Made by a program: the position numbers and the translations under genes. Below the pieces are notes generated by a model. It was not told the origin of the DNA, did not search any database, and worked only from the letters and a program-made list of their open reading frames with translations. Shown here in pieces: positions 47,908 to 61,153 of a stretch of DNA of 64,000 bases (the first letter of the stretch is position 1; every line of letters starts with the position of its first letter). The stretch comes from Bacteroidota bacterium (GTDB lineage: Bacteria; Bacteroidota; Bacteroidia; Flavobacteriales; Flavobacteriaceae): positions 17,379-81,378 of the forward strand of contig JBDLJB010000009.1 of the NCBI GenBank assembly GCA_039714555.1, read 5' to 3'.

Positions 47908-48648
47908 CTATCTTATTCCTTTAGCTGCAGCTATTGCAGCACCTATAATTCCGGCTTCATTTTTATTTTCAGCAGGAATAATTGGTATATCTATTTTTAT
48001 CTCATCTTTGTATCTATCCAGTTTTTTACTGGCTCCACCACCAATGATAAATAGGTCGGGTGATAATATAAGATCAATATGTTTGAAATATTTGTTCAAT
48101 CTTTTTCCCCATTTTTTATAACTAAGATCTTCATTTTTTCTAATTGAATCTGCAGCATAATTTTCAAATGGTTCGTCTTTATAACTTACATGTCCTAGTT
48201 CGGTATTTGGAATCAAAACACCATTGTAAAACAAACCTGAACCGATACCGGTACCAAGTGTTATTACGGCAACCAAACCCTCCTTACCTTTACCGGCACC
48301 AAAATTAATTTCAGCTAAAGCTGCAGCATCAGCATCGTTTATTACTGTAAAATCAATTCCTGTTACTTTTTTAAATAATTCATCAATCTGGACACCTTTC
48401 AAACTAGGGTGTAAATTAGCTCCACTTAAACATTTTCCATGGGCTAGAGGAGTAGGAAAACCACTTCCTGCTTTTCCTTTCCAATTAAAATGATCTACAA
48501 TTTCTTTGATTGTTTTTGCAATATTTTCGGGTGTTGCCGGTTGAGGTGTAGGGATACGATGACGTTCAGAAGCTAATTCACCTGTTTTTGTATCTACAAT
48601 TGCTCCTTTTATTCCTGAACCTCCAATATCAATACCTAATACTTCCAT
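47908..48648 (-). CDS. ROK family polyphosphate/ATP glucokinase
   Basis: [19 protein letters not shown] start, [10 protein letters not shown] and [10 protein letters not shown] motifs. Short form without the Zn-Cys motif, as in PpgK. Confidence 0.75.
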   Translation of the reverse strand: MEVLGIDIGGSGIKGAIVDTKTGELASERHRIPTPQPATPENIAKTIKEIVDHFNWKGKAGSGFPTPLAHGKCLSGANLHPSLKGVQIDELFKKVTGIDFTVINDADAAALAEINFGAGKGKEGLVAVITLGTGIGSGLFYNGVLIPNTELGHVSYKDEPFENYAADSIRKNEDLSYKKWGKRLNKYFKHIDLILSPDLFIIGGGASKKLDRYKDEIKIDIPIIPAENKNEAGIIGAAIAAAKGIR

Positions 48649-48766
48649 AAAAAATAATTTAAGTTTTATAAAACAAACTTAAGGAAAATATTTTTTTGGG
48701 AAAGAAAAAACTCTATTTAAATATAAATATCCAAATAGAGTTTGTTAAAATTTTATTTAAATGTTC

Positions 48767-49213
48767 TTAGAAATGAATTCCAACACCAATACCACCAAAT
48801 GTAACAGTACCGCCACCAAATTCACCAATAATACCCCAGGTATCATTAAATTTATACTCAACACCAACATGACCGTTAATTTCAAAACCACCAGTCACTT
48901 CATCATCACCTAAAACAAAACCTGCATCAACACCAGCCCAGATATCCCATGGTTCAGGTAATTTTAATAAACTGTCAAAATAATAATCAGCTCTAGCCCC
49001 AAGATTTATATAATCAAAGCTAAAAGGTACTACAATTGCAGGTGAAACTGTGAAGTTTTTGGCAATTGGTATTTCATAATGTGCGTTAATAGCAGAATTG
49101 TTGCCAAATTGTACAAATATATTTAGCGCACTGTAATCTTCTTGCGCATAAGTTGTGTTAGAAAATCCGATCAATAGACCTCCTAGTAATAAGAAAGTAA
49201 AAATTTTTTTCAT
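48767..49213 (-). CDS. small outer-membrane beta-barrel protein
   Basis: Signal peptide, alternating Gly/aromatic strands and a C-terminal aromatic residue (...GVGIHF). Confidence 0.55.
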   Translation of the reverse strand: MKKIFTFLLLGGLLIGFSNTTYAQEDYSALNIFVQFGNNSAINAHYEIPIAKNFTVSPAIVVPFSFDYINLGARADYYFDSLLKLPEPWDIWAGVDAGFVLGDDEVTGGFEINGHVGVEYKFNDTWGIIGEFGGGTVTFGGIGVGIHF

Positions 49214-49360
49214 GGTTAATTAATTTAAAGTTGAGCTCAAATATAATAATATTTTAATAATTTAATAAAGATGTTAAATAAAAAATACACTTATTGTAAA
49301 AACCACCAAAATTTACTCTTTAGTTTTATAGAATAAAATCTATTTAATTATATTCAATTT

Positions 49361-49795
49361 TTAATAAATATAAGGAATTAATCGGAATGATTTTTTTGTA
49401 TATTGAATGTATTGTTCTCCAAACCTTTGTTTTAGAAAAGCTTCTTCCATACCTATTTTCAATAGCAAAACAATACATAAAGAAATATAAAAAAACAGAT
49501 TTATGGGTTTGAAGTCATAAATGATCATTGCACCAAAAAACGTAATCAATCCAAAATACATTGGGTTTCTAATTATTCTATAGGGTCCTTTTTTTATAAA
49601 AACTGCATTGTGTTTTACTTCGGGTTGGATGTTAAAATTCCCAATTTTCATTACTCCAACACCCCAAATTGCTGTTATTATACCAATTATTTGAATTGCT
49701 AATAGGTAACCTTTTGTAATAAAATTTTCCGTAAATAAGAAGTATGCCAAACAAGAAAACTGTATGATTACAAGAAATAAAGATTTTTTTGACAA
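49361..49795 (-). CDS. isoprenylcysteine carboxyl / phospholipid methyltransferase family membrane protein
   Basis: GPYRIIRNPMYFG motif and four TM helices. Confidence 0.7.
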   Translation of the reverse strand: MSKKSLFLVIIQFSCLAYFLFTENFITKGYLLAIQIIGIITAIWGVGVMKIGNFNIQPEVKHNAVFIKKGPYRIIRNPMYFGLITFFGAMIIYDFKPINLFFYISLCIVLLLKIGMEEAFLKQRFGEQYIQYTKKSFRLIPYIY

Positions 49796-49886
49796 TTTAA
49801 AGACTTTAAATTATTAAAAAATAAATATAGTAAAATGAAATTTATTATTGAGATATTTTTATTTTTAAACCTAAATTATTTAAGTG

Positions 49887-51404
49887 ATGAAATTAAAAAG
49901 ACCTATCAATATATTATTTATTCTATTGCTTTTATTGTTTTCTTGTAAACAAAACGATGAAATAATAAAATTTACTTTTTTACAATTAAATGATGTATAT
50001 GAAATTGGTGCTTTGGGTGGTGGAGAATTTGGCGGAATGGATAGAGTTGCAACACTACATCAACAATTATTGCAAGAAAATCCTAATACTTTATTGTTCA
50101 TGGCTGGTGATTTTTTAAATCCGTCTTTGTTGGGAAATGTAAAATATGAGGGAGAACGTATAAAAGGTAAACAAATGGTTGAAGTAATGAATGCCATGGA
50201 TTTTGATTTGGTTACCTTTGGAAATCACGAATTTGACTTGAGTGAAAAATTATTACAGGAAAGAATTGATAGCTCAAACTTTCAATGGATTGCAACCAAT
50301 ATCAAACATATAACAAATAATAAAAAAGAACCTTATTATGTTGTTAAAGACACTGGAAGAAATGTAATTCCTAAAACTATAATCTTTGATATAAAAGATA
50401 CAGATGGTACTGAGATAAAAATTGGATTTTTTAGTGCAACTATCAATTCAAATCCGGTAGATTATGTGGCGTATAGCGATTTTTATGAAGGTGCTAAAAT
50501 TGCTTATAACAACTTAAAAACCAAGACAGATCTGGTTTTTGGCCTCACACATTTAAAAATAAGTCAGGATAAAATGTTGGCAAATATGTTGCCTGAAGTA
50601 CCATTAATTATGGGAGGCCATGAACATAATAATATGTTGGTTACAGTAGGGAATAGCAAAATTTCAAAAGCAGATGCCAATGCCAAAACAGTTTATGTTC
50701 ATCGATTGATCTATAATACAAAAACTAAAGAGTTAGCGTTAGATAGTGAGTTGGTTGAAATTAATCCTAATATAGTATCAGATAAAGAAGTAGCTATAAT
50801 TATTGATAAATGGCAAGCAGTTTTAAATAAAAAAATTGAAGAATATTCGCCAAAAGCTTATGAAGTTATCTTTGTAGCAAAAGAGCCTTTGATAGGTTTA
50901 GATATTACAGTTAGAAAGGAACAGACAAATCTTGGAACAATGATAGCCAAAGCAATGGCCTTTGCTTATGATTATCAAGTTGATGGAGCACTGATAAACG
51001 GAGGTTCAATGCGCTTGGATGATAATTTAGAAGGTAATATTACCGGTGTAGATATTTTTAGAGTTATGCCTTTTGGCGGAAGTGTTTTAAAAGTAAAAAT
51101 TAAAGGTAGCCTGCTAAAAAAAGTTTTAAAATATGGGAGATTAAAAGCCGGACAAGGCGCTTATTTACAACGTTATGGTTTTGATCATAATAATGAAACT
51201 AAAAAATGGTTTAACAAAGGAAAACCAATTAACGACAATAAAATATACACAGTAGCTTTTAGTGATTATTTGTTAAAAGGTTTAGATATTTCTTTCTTAA
51301 AACGTGAAAATAAAGATGTTATAGAAGTTTACACACCTAAAGAAGATGAACTAAGCAATGATATTAGAAAGGCTGTGATACAGTATTTAAAAAGTATTAG
51401 ATAA
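49887..51404 (+). CDS. bifunctional metallophosphatase/5'-nucleotidase (UshA-like), secreted lipoprotein
   Basis: LQLNDVYE, GDFLNPS, GNHEFD and GGHEH metallophosphoesterase motifs, plus a C-terminal 5'-nucleotidase domain. Lipobox LLFSC. Confidence 0.8.
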   Translation: MKLKRPINILFILLLLLFSCKQNDEIIKFTFLQLNDVYEIGALGGGEFGGMDRVATLHQQLLQENPNTLLFMAGDFLNPSLLGNVKYEGERIKGKQMVEVMNAMDFDLVTFGNHEFDLSEKLLQERIDSSNFQWIATNIKHITNNKKEPYYVVKDTGRNVIPKTIIFDIKDTDGTEIKIGFFSATINSNPVDYVAYSDFYEGAKIAYNNLKTKTDLVFGLTHLKISQDKMLANMLPEVPLIMGGHEHNNMLVTVGNSKISKADANAKTVYVHRLIYNTKTKELALDSELVEINPNIVSDKEVAIIIDKWQAVLNKKIEEYSPKAYEVIFVAKEPLIGLDITVRKEQTNLGTMIAKAMAFAYDYQVDGALINGGSMRLDDNLEGNITGVDIFRVMPFGGSVLKVKIKGSLLKKVLKYGRLKAGQGAYLQRYGFDHNNETKKWFNKGKPINDNKIYTVAFSDYLLKGLDISFLKRENKDVIEVYTPKEDELSNDIRKAVIQYLKSIR

Positions 51405-51444
51405 ATGGATTTTATTATTTTTTTATCAATTCAAATTAAAATCG

Positions 51445-51452
51445 TAAATTTG
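51445..51452 (+). promoter_or_regulatory. -7 promoter box TAAATTTG
   Basis: Exact TAnnTTTG, ending 26 nt upstream of the ATG at 51479. Confidence 0.4.
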
Positions 51453-51463
51453 CCCGCAATTAA

Positions 51464-52948
<1,485 letters not shown>

Positions 52949-52962
52949 ATCTTTATAAAAAT

Positions 52963-53001
52963 AAAAAAAACTCTCAAGATTTAAATCTTGAGAGTTTTTT
53001 T
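52963..53001. terminator. bidirectional rho-independent terminator
   Basis: AAAAAAAA-CTCTCAAGAT-ttaa-ATCTTGAGAG-TTTTTTT, between the convergent genes ending at 52948 (+) and 53023 (-). Confidence 0.75.
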
Positions 53002-53022
53002 ATTACAAATATTTTTATTGTT

Positions 53023-53943
53023 TTAGTTTGTAGGACAAGTAATTGAAGTAAAAACAGGATTACCTGAATTATCAACAGTTAAACGCCAGCAATTACCATC
53101 AGGTGATTTCATGATTACGCCATCACCAATATCTTCTAAATAAATATCACCTCCTTTAACCTGTAATTGTGAAGCAGGAGTTGCTGTTCCAATACCAATT
53201 TTACCATCATTTTTAATACGTAATCTTTCCGTTCCACTAGTGCCAAATTTGATATCAAAATCTTCAAATAACCAGATAAAAGCTTCATTTGCACCAAATT
53301 GATAGTTAGAACTATTTAACCCTATAACCAAATTATTTAATTGATCATTATTAAAAAGCATTCTACTATAAGTATCGGGATGTGAATTATTTAGTCTCAA
53401 ATTTAAAGCATCTGGATCACCATCATTCATTCTAATTTCTAATTGATCATGAGGAGCAGTTGTTAAGGTTCCTATACCAACATTTCCTGCTTTATAACCA
53501 ATACCGTTACCGTCATTTTTTGGTTTCCAATAGGAATCACCTGAACTTTTAGCAAACATTGCATAAGGTACACTCACAAACTGACTTGTACCCATGCTCG
53601 CATAATTTGTACCACCGGAAACATCAACAGCAGTTTCTAGATAATAAGTGTCATTTGCCCAATCAATATCAGCAAAAATACCACTTACAACACTCCCTTT
53701 ACCGATTTGTAAATTGATCAAACCAAAATTATTGGTAGTTTGATTAAAAGTTTCTTGATATACCGTAGTACCACTTGCACTTGTTTGATGGATGGTAAAC
53801 TGTAAGCCCATTGCTTGATTTGCAATAATATCACCTCCATTATCACGCATAACTGCTTGGTAATTAAAACTTTCTGGGCTTTGTGCTATTACACTAAATA
53901 TAAATATTAAAAATACAGAGATAGAAAGATAAAGGTTTTTCAT
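53023..53943 (-). CDS. secreted protein with tail-fibre-like GIGT repeats and a C-terminal Cys-Cys module, unknown function
   Basis: Signal peptide, then FNYQAVMRDNGG..., GNVGIGTLTTAPHDQLEI and KIGIGTATPASQLQV repeats. It ends SPDGNCWRLTVDNSGNPVFTSITCPTN. No recognisable T9SS CTD. Confidence 0.55.
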   Translation of the reverse strand: MKNLYLSISVFLIFIFSVIAQSPESFNYQAVMRDNGGDIIANQAMGLQFTIHQTSASGTTVYQETFNQTTNNFGLINLQIGKGSVVSGIFADIDWANDTYYLETAVDVSGGTNYASMGTSQFVSVPYAMFAKSSGDSYWKPKNDGNGIGYKAGNVGIGTLTTAPHDQLEIRMNDGDPDALNLRLNNSHPDTYSRMLFNNDQLNNLVIGLNSSNYQFGANEAFIWLFEDFDIKFGTSGTERLRIKNDGKIGIGTATPASQLQVKGGDIYLEDIGDGVIMKSPDGNCWRLTVDNSGNPVFTSITCPTN

Positions 53944-53945
53944 GG

Positions 53946-54407
53946 TTAATTCTTTAAGATTTTATAGGTTTTGATTTTTTGGTTATTTTTATATAAAGTT
54001 AAAAAGTATAAGCCATTTTTAAGCCGATCTACTTTTACGGTGTTTGACTGTTGCTTTAATTCATTTTTATATAGCAATTGACCATTAACACTATAAATTT
54101 TATAATGAATGTCAGTAAAATCCATAATATCAATTAAAAATAATTCTGAAGAAGGATTGGGATATATTTTTACCTTAAAATTTTCGTCAAAATCTTCAAC
54201 AGCTAAGGCAGCTAAACTGGTTTGATGAAATCCTTGAGTAATTTGATAACTTCCATTATTAAGTGTGGCAATAGTGACTTCTCCTGCGGTTGCACTTAGA
54301 TTTCCCGAAGAATTTGAAGTGTCTAAACCATATGAAGAAATAACTTCTTGAGCTTGTAAAAAAAATGAAAATATAATTAAGAAAAAAAATAGTAAAAATG
54401 TCTTCAT
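53946..54407 (-). CDS. very small T9SS type A sorting-domain (Por secretion tail) protein
   Basis: Signal peptide, a passenger of about 55 aa (…SATAGEVTIATLNNGSYQITQGFHQ…), then a CTD (KIYPNPSSELFLIDI…YKIYSVNGQLLY…LKNGLYFLTLY…KILKN). Confidence 0.75.
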   Translation of the reverse strand: MKTFLLFFFLIIFSFFLQAQEVISSYGLDTSNSSGNLSATAGEVTIATLNNGSYQITQGFHQTSLAALAVEDFDENFKVKIYPNPSSELFLIDIMDFTDIHYKIYSVNGQLLYKNELKQQSNTVKVDRLKNGLYFLTLYKNNQKIKTYKILKN

Positions 54408-54556
54408 AATAGAGAATGATTATAAAATTGCAGTTAAATTTACAAAAAATACAGTTATATCCTGAAAATTTTATGAAAATATATTACAATTATAAAAACA
54501 GATAAACTTACTTATTTGAAAAATTTGCTCAGTATTTTAAAGATAATTAAAGTTAT

Positions 54557-56209
54557 TTAATACCTTTTGTTTCTTCGTTTTTTTCTTTTACCACTAAATT
54601 TTGATCTTGATTTTGGTTTTTCAGCAATTTCAACAAATATTTTTCTTCCTTTATGTTTGAAATTTTTAAAAGATTCTAAAGTTAAATCTGTATAATTTTT
54701 ATCAAGTTCAAAAAATGAAAAATTATTTAATATTTCTATCTTGCCAATTTCAATATTTCTTTTCCCTAATTTATCATTGATCAGACCTATCATATGCGAT
54801 GCATTAACCTTATCAATTTTACCTAAATTTATGTAGAAACGAGTAAAAGATTCATCACTTAATCTGCTTTTCTGTCTTGAATCATCAACATTTAGATCGT
54901 TTGCATTTTCATAATAAGATAAGAACTGATTAAATTCTATAGAAACAAACCTTTTGATCAATTGTTCACGATCTAAACCTTCTAATTTTTTGAAAATACC
55001 AGGTAAGAATTCGTTGATTTCTTTTTCATTGACCTCTATATCGTGTACCTTATCAATTAACGAATAAAGTTGTTTTTCACAAATTTCTTTACCATTAGGC
55101 ACTAATTTTTGTTTAAACTTTTTATTGATCTTTCTTTCGATTGATTGAAGTGTTCTTTTTTCTTTATTGGTAATAATTGCAATTGAAATTCCTTTTTTTC
55201 CGGCTCTACCGGTTCTGCCGCTACGGTGGGTATATGATTCGATTTGATCAGGTAATTTATAGTTAATCACATGGGTAAGATCATTAACGTCTAATCCTCT
55301 TGCTGCAACATCGGTTGCAACTAAAATTTGCAGGTGTTTGGATCTGAATTTTTGCATAACCATATCTCGCTGAGCTTGAGAGAGATCACCATGCAAAGCA
55401 TCAGCATTGTATCCGTCATTAATTAAATTGTTTGCAACATCTTTTGTTTCTCTCCTTGTTCGGCAAAAAACGATACCGTATATTTCCGGATTTATATCGG
55501 CAATTCTTTTTAAGGATGCATACCTATTTCTATCGGATACTTGATAAAAATCATGACTTACATTTTCGGCACCAATATTTTTTTGTCCTGCTGATATTTC
55601 AACAGGTTTATTCATATAATGTTTGGCAATAGACTCAACCTCTTTAGGAAAAGTCGCTGAAAAAAGTAATGTTTGTTTTGTTGGAGGTGTTGTTTCTAAA
55701 ATCTTATCGATCTCATCTTTAAAACCCATATTAAGCATTTCATCGGCTTCATCAAGTACCAACCACTTAATGTTGTTAAGGTGTAATTTTTTACGTTTAA
55801 TTAAATCTACTGTTCTACCCGGTGTACCAACAACAATTTGTACACCTTTTTTTAAACTTCTTAGCTGATCTTCAATACTTGAACCACCATAAACTGCCAA
55901 TACATTAACCTTATCTAGGTTTTCAGCAAATTCAATAATATTTTTAGCAATTTGAATTGCTAGTTCACGAGTTGGTGAAAGAATAATTGCTTGTGGGTCT
56001 TTAGTGCCAGTAATTAATTGATCTAAAATAGGTAAACTAAAAGCAGCTGTTTTACCGGTACCGGTTTGAGCAAATGCTTTTAGATCTTTTTGAGAACTAA
56101 AAATTTGTGGAATAGCTTTTTCTTGTATAGGAGTTGGTTTTTCGTATCCAAGTTTATTAAGAGCTTTAATAATATCTTGACTTAAACCAAGATCTTTAAA
56201 TGAAGGCAT
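54557..56209 (-). CDS. DEAD-box ATP-dependent RNA helicase (DeaD/CsdA-like with a DbpA-type C-terminal RNA-binding domain)
   Basis: Q motif and AQTGTGKTAAF, DEADEM, SAT and HRSGRTGRAG motifs. Basic C-terminal tail. Confidence 0.9.
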   Translation of the reverse strand: MPSFKDLGLSQDIIKALNKLGYEKPTPIQEKAIPQIFSSQKDLKAFAQTGTGKTAAFSLPILDQLITGTKDPQAIILSPTRELAIQIAKNIIEFAENLDKVNVLAVYGGSSIEDQLRSLKKGVQIVVGTPGRTVDLIKRKKLHLNNIKWLVLDEADEMLNMGFKDEIDKILETTPPTKQTLLFSATFPKEVESIAKHYMNKPVEISAGQKNIGAENVSHDFYQVSDRNRYASLKRIADINPEIYGIVFCRTRRETKDVANNLINDGYNADALHGDLSQAQRDMVMQKFRSKHLQILVATDVAARGLDVNDLTHVINYKLPDQIESYTHRSGRTGRAGKKGISIAIITNKEKRTLQSIERKINKKFKQKLVPNGKEICEKQLYSLIDKVHDIEVNEKEINEFLPGIFKKLEGLDREQLIKRFVSIEFNQFLSYYENANDLNVDDSRQKSRLSDESFTRFYINLGKIDKVNASHMIGLINDKLGKRNIEIGKIEILNNFSFFELDKNYTDLTLESFKNFKHKGRKIFVEIAEKPKSRSKFSGKRKKRRNKRY

Positions 56210-56285
56210 ATTTGGGAGTTTAAAGAATTAAATTAAGTAAATAACAGGTTTACAGTTTTATAGACCAAAATTATTTACAGATTTG

Positions 56286-56293
56286 CAAAAGTA
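56286..56293 (-). promoter_or_regulatory. -7 promoter box TACTTTTG (minus strand)
   Basis: The reverse complement of CAAAAGTA matches TAnnTTTG. It lies 77 nt upstream of the helicase ATG, implying a longer leader than other genes here. Confidence 0.3.
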
Positions 56294-56321
56294 AGCTAAA
56301 TTTTGTTTAGAAAACTATAAA

Positions 56322-57758
56322 TTATTGTTTTTTAAGAAGGTGTAAGTTTTTTTCTAAATTATAGGTGTCATTAAAAAATAGGAAACCATTATTGACAATA
56401 CCATTTTTATCAACTATTAATGTTCTTGCCATATCTCCATCAAACCAAGAATACAATTTGCAATTCTCATCAATCAAATATTGATTAATATTGGGTAGTT
56501 TATTAGTAGTTAAAAATTCTTTCCAAGCATCATTTGTTTTATTTCTTTCAATACCTATGAATAAAATTTCAGGATATTTTTCTTTATAAATAGGTATTTT
56601 TTTCATAAGCTTTTCACTTCTACCATAATCTTTTGGCCAAAAGTAGATCACTGTTTTTTTGTTATTTACGACTTCATGAATGTTAACTTCATTATTGTCG
56701 GAATCCATAACCACTAATTCGGGTAACTTATCACCATTCTTTAATTGATTACATTGATCAATAGCATGTTTAGCTTCGGCTAAATAGACTTCATTGGTAC
56801 AATTTTTAAAAAAATAATCTTGACTTTCTTTTTGTTGTTCATCAGTAAGGTGATCTTTAAAAGATCCCCAAAAACCTGAGGCCAGATACTTATTCTTTAA
56901 TTTTTCGTCAACCAAAATTTCATTAACACTCGTCATAAAGTTCAATGAGAAATTATCTTGAGCAGGATCAATCTTTTGTTTATTATAGGCTAAATTGTAT
57001 AAAAGTGACTCTAAATAATAAGTATAAGCTCTTAAATTAAAAAGAGATTTATCATTGTAATTTAAGTTTTTTCTGTAATCATAAAAACGATCACTTACGG
57101 TAGGATTATCATGCTTATTATTAGCATCTTTATGCCATAACGGGTAAAATTCTTTTTTACTATATAATGGATAATTGATTATTGCTTGGGCAAGATTTTC
57201 AAAGAACTCAGTTAACTCTTCATCTTGTGATTTGATTAAATCATTGTATTGAAGCATTAAATTCTTTTGCTCTTCATCAACTTTTTGTGAAAATTCTTCT
57301 TCGTTTAAACGATAATAATTTTTGAATTTTTTTTCAATCTTTTCTTGTTGTAAGAATAAATTGATCATAAAATTATTGTTTACCGATCCTTTCCCACTAA
57401 AGATAAGCGATTCATCAAAATCCCATGTGTTCAAATAAATTAACAAACTATCTTGTGGCTCAAGGTATAAATATTGATATTCAACACCATGTTTGAATGT
57501 GTATAACCCTGTAGTTATTGAATCAAGCGCAAATGAAAATCTATTTTGCTGGTTTATTTTTGCAGAATCTATTATTTTATCATCTTTTGAAAAATATACA
57601 TAAGCTCCTTTGGGATTTTTAATTTTTCCTCCAAAAAATGTAGTTTCATTTTCTTTTTCATAACTTTTGCAAGAATATGTTAAAAATAACAATCCTAAAA
57701 ATAATAAAAAGTAAGAATAAAAATAGTAATTTTTTTTCAAATTATATGGTTTAAACAT
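56322..57758 (-). CDS. lipoprotein with a C-terminal thioredoxin-like (TlpA/AhpC-type) fold lacking the CxxC motif
   Basis: Lipobox LTYSC. The C-terminal KTVIYFWPKDYGRSEKLMKKIP...LFIGIERNK...TLIVDKNGIV follows the TlpA pattern, but the WCxPC position reads PKDYGRS. The track start is TTG; the first ATG is at 57758. Confidence 0.6.
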   Translation of the reverse strand: MFKPYNLKKNYYFYSYFLLFLGLLFLTYSCKSYEKENETTFFGGKIKNPKGAYVYFSKDDKIIDSAKINQQNRFSFALDSITTGLYTFKHGVEYQYLYLEPQDSLLIYLNTWDFDESLIFSGKGSVNNNFMINLFLQQEKIEKKFKNYYRLNEEEFSQKVDEEQKNLMLQYNDLIKSQDEELTEFFENLAQAIINYPLYSKKEFYPLWHKDANNKHDNPTVSDRFYDYRKNLNYNDKSLFNLRAYTYYLESLLYNLAYNKQKIDPAQDNFSLNFMTSVNEILVDEKLKNKYLASGFWGSFKDHLTDEQQKESQDYFFKNCTNEVYLAEAKHAIDQCNQLKNGDKLPELVVMDSDNNEVNIHEVVNNKKTVIYFWPKDYGRSEKLMKKIPIYKEKYPEILFIGIERNKTNDAWKEFLTTNKLPNINQYLIDENCKLYSWFDGDMARTLIVDKNGIVNNGFLFFNDTYNLEKNLHLLKKQ

Positions 57759-57843
57759 AATAAACAAATTTACTCATATCCATGTTTAACTCTTGTTAAT
57801 GTGATGTTAAAAGTTTTGGCTAAAATGGTTAAATTAAATGTAA

Positions 57844-59583
<1,740 letters not shown>

Positions 59584-59628
59584 AATAAGGGGTAAAATAA
59601 TTTCTTAAGTATTATTTAATATTTAGTT

Positions 59629-61029
59629 TTACTCCATCATCAGTTGTAAAAAATCAAAATATACCTGTGCACCGTTGTATAATGCCTCAATAGGAATTTT
59701 CTCATCTTTGTTGTGAATTCCTTCGATGTGTTCTTTTTTTAAATAAACCGGAATTGTTGCAAAAGCAGGTATACCTTTGGCTCTAAAAGCACCCAGATCA
59801 TTAATATTTGGCATCATTACAGGTGCAATTTGACTATTGGGATAATTGAGAAGAATGGCTTTACTTATATTTTCATAGAAAATATTCTTTGTAGATGAAG
59901 GTATTGTCTTTGGCATATTTTCGATGATAGTTACCTTGATCGAGTCATTTTTTATGGTTTTTTGAATATGTTTGATAAATTCGTCTTCATCTTTATCAGG
60001 AAGTAATCTGCAATCTAAAAAAGCTTCAACATTTGTTGGTATTTTATTGTAAGCTGAATTATTTGAATTAATATTGGTTAAAGTGATTGTATTGCTAAAA
60101 ATTGCAAAAAGTTCAGGCTGTTTACGTAATTGTGGTATTAAAATTGGCTTAAAAAAACGAGGATGACGTAAAATAAATTTTTCTATACCTTTTTTATGAC
60201 CAGCTATTGTCTTTAAAACACCTGTATTTATATCGTTAAAAACTGCTTTCTGTTTTTTTGTAACTAATCTGTTTAATGCTTCAATCATTTCTTTATTAGC
60301 ATATTGTAACGGTGTAACACTTCCGTGACCAAAGGTGTGCATTTCTCTTTTTAGATTAAGCCAAAAACTCCGTTTATGAACAACTGAAACTCCAAAAATT
60401 GGATTGTTAAAATTACCACCTATTAAGGTTGTTAATTCTGTAGGTCCTTCTCCAATAACAACAGCAGGGTTTAATTCATGTAAATGGTTTTCAATAACAT
60501 AATCAACACCACCACTACATTGTGTTTCTTCACAAGAAACAGCTAAAAATGTTATATTGTATTTACTATCATTTATTTTTCCATTTTTAAGAATATTTAG
60601 GATGCTTGCCAATTGCATGACAGCAGCACCTTTGTTATCAAATGCACCTCTGCCATAAACTTCACCATTCATGATCTCTCCTGAAAAAGACTTTGTTTTA
60701 TTATGCTTACTTTCAGGAACTACATCAATATGATTCAAAAGAATAATATTGGGTTTTTGACTTGAGAGTGGAAAAATAGATGCAGCAAAATTGTAAAAGC
60801 CATTATCTTCACCAAAAGAGGAAATGTATAAACCATTTTCTTTACAAACAGATTTGATAAAATCACCTGCAATTTTCTCTTCACCGCTAACAGAAGGGAT
60901 TTGTATATATTTTTGCAATAAGTATTCTAATGAAACATTAGCATTATTAATTTTTAAATAATCTATACCCGCGTATTGGCTATAAGTTATTCCATAAAAA
61001 AACAATAATATAAAACTCAAAAATTTCAT
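59629..61029 (-). CDS. M20 family metallopeptidase, secreted
   Basis: Signal peptide, then LLNHIDVVP and GRGAFDNKGA metal-site motifs. Confidence 0.75.
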   Translation of the reverse strand: MKFLSFILLFFYGITYSQYAGIDYLKINNANVSLEYLLQKYIQIPSVSGEEKIAGDFIKSVCKENGLYISSFGEDNGFYNFAASIFPLSSQKPNIILLNHIDVVPESKHNKTKSFSGEIMNGEVYGRGAFDNKGAAVMQLASILNILKNGKINDSKYNITFLAVSCEETQCSGGVDYVIENHLHELNPAVVIGEGPTELTTLIGGNFNNPIFGVSVVHKRSFWLNLKREMHTFGHGSVTPLQYANKEMIEALNRLVTKKQKAVFNDINTGVLKTIAGHKKGIEKFILRHPRFFKPILIPQLRKQPELFAIFSNTITLTNINSNNSAYNKIPTNVEAFLDCRLLPDKDEDEFIKHIQKTIKNDSIKVTIIENMPKTIPSSTKNIFYENISKAILLNYPNSQIAPVMMPNINDLGAFRAKGIPAFATIPVYLKKEHIEGIHNKDEKIPIEALYNGAQVYFDFLQLMME

Positions 61030-61153
61030 TAAGCAAATTTATTAAAAAAAATATTTTATAAAATTAACCTATTTTTTATCATTTATTACCTAAATGATTA
61101 GATTTTACCTTGTTGTATTATTAATAATCATTAATTTAGCTTAAAATGAAAAA

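Noticed and set aside
47894-48121. 75-aa plus-strand ORF overlapping the 3' end of the ROK kinase gene
   Set aside because: It is antisense to a gene with clear ROK motifs, and the product is a repetitive Ala/Ile/Ser/Pro string.
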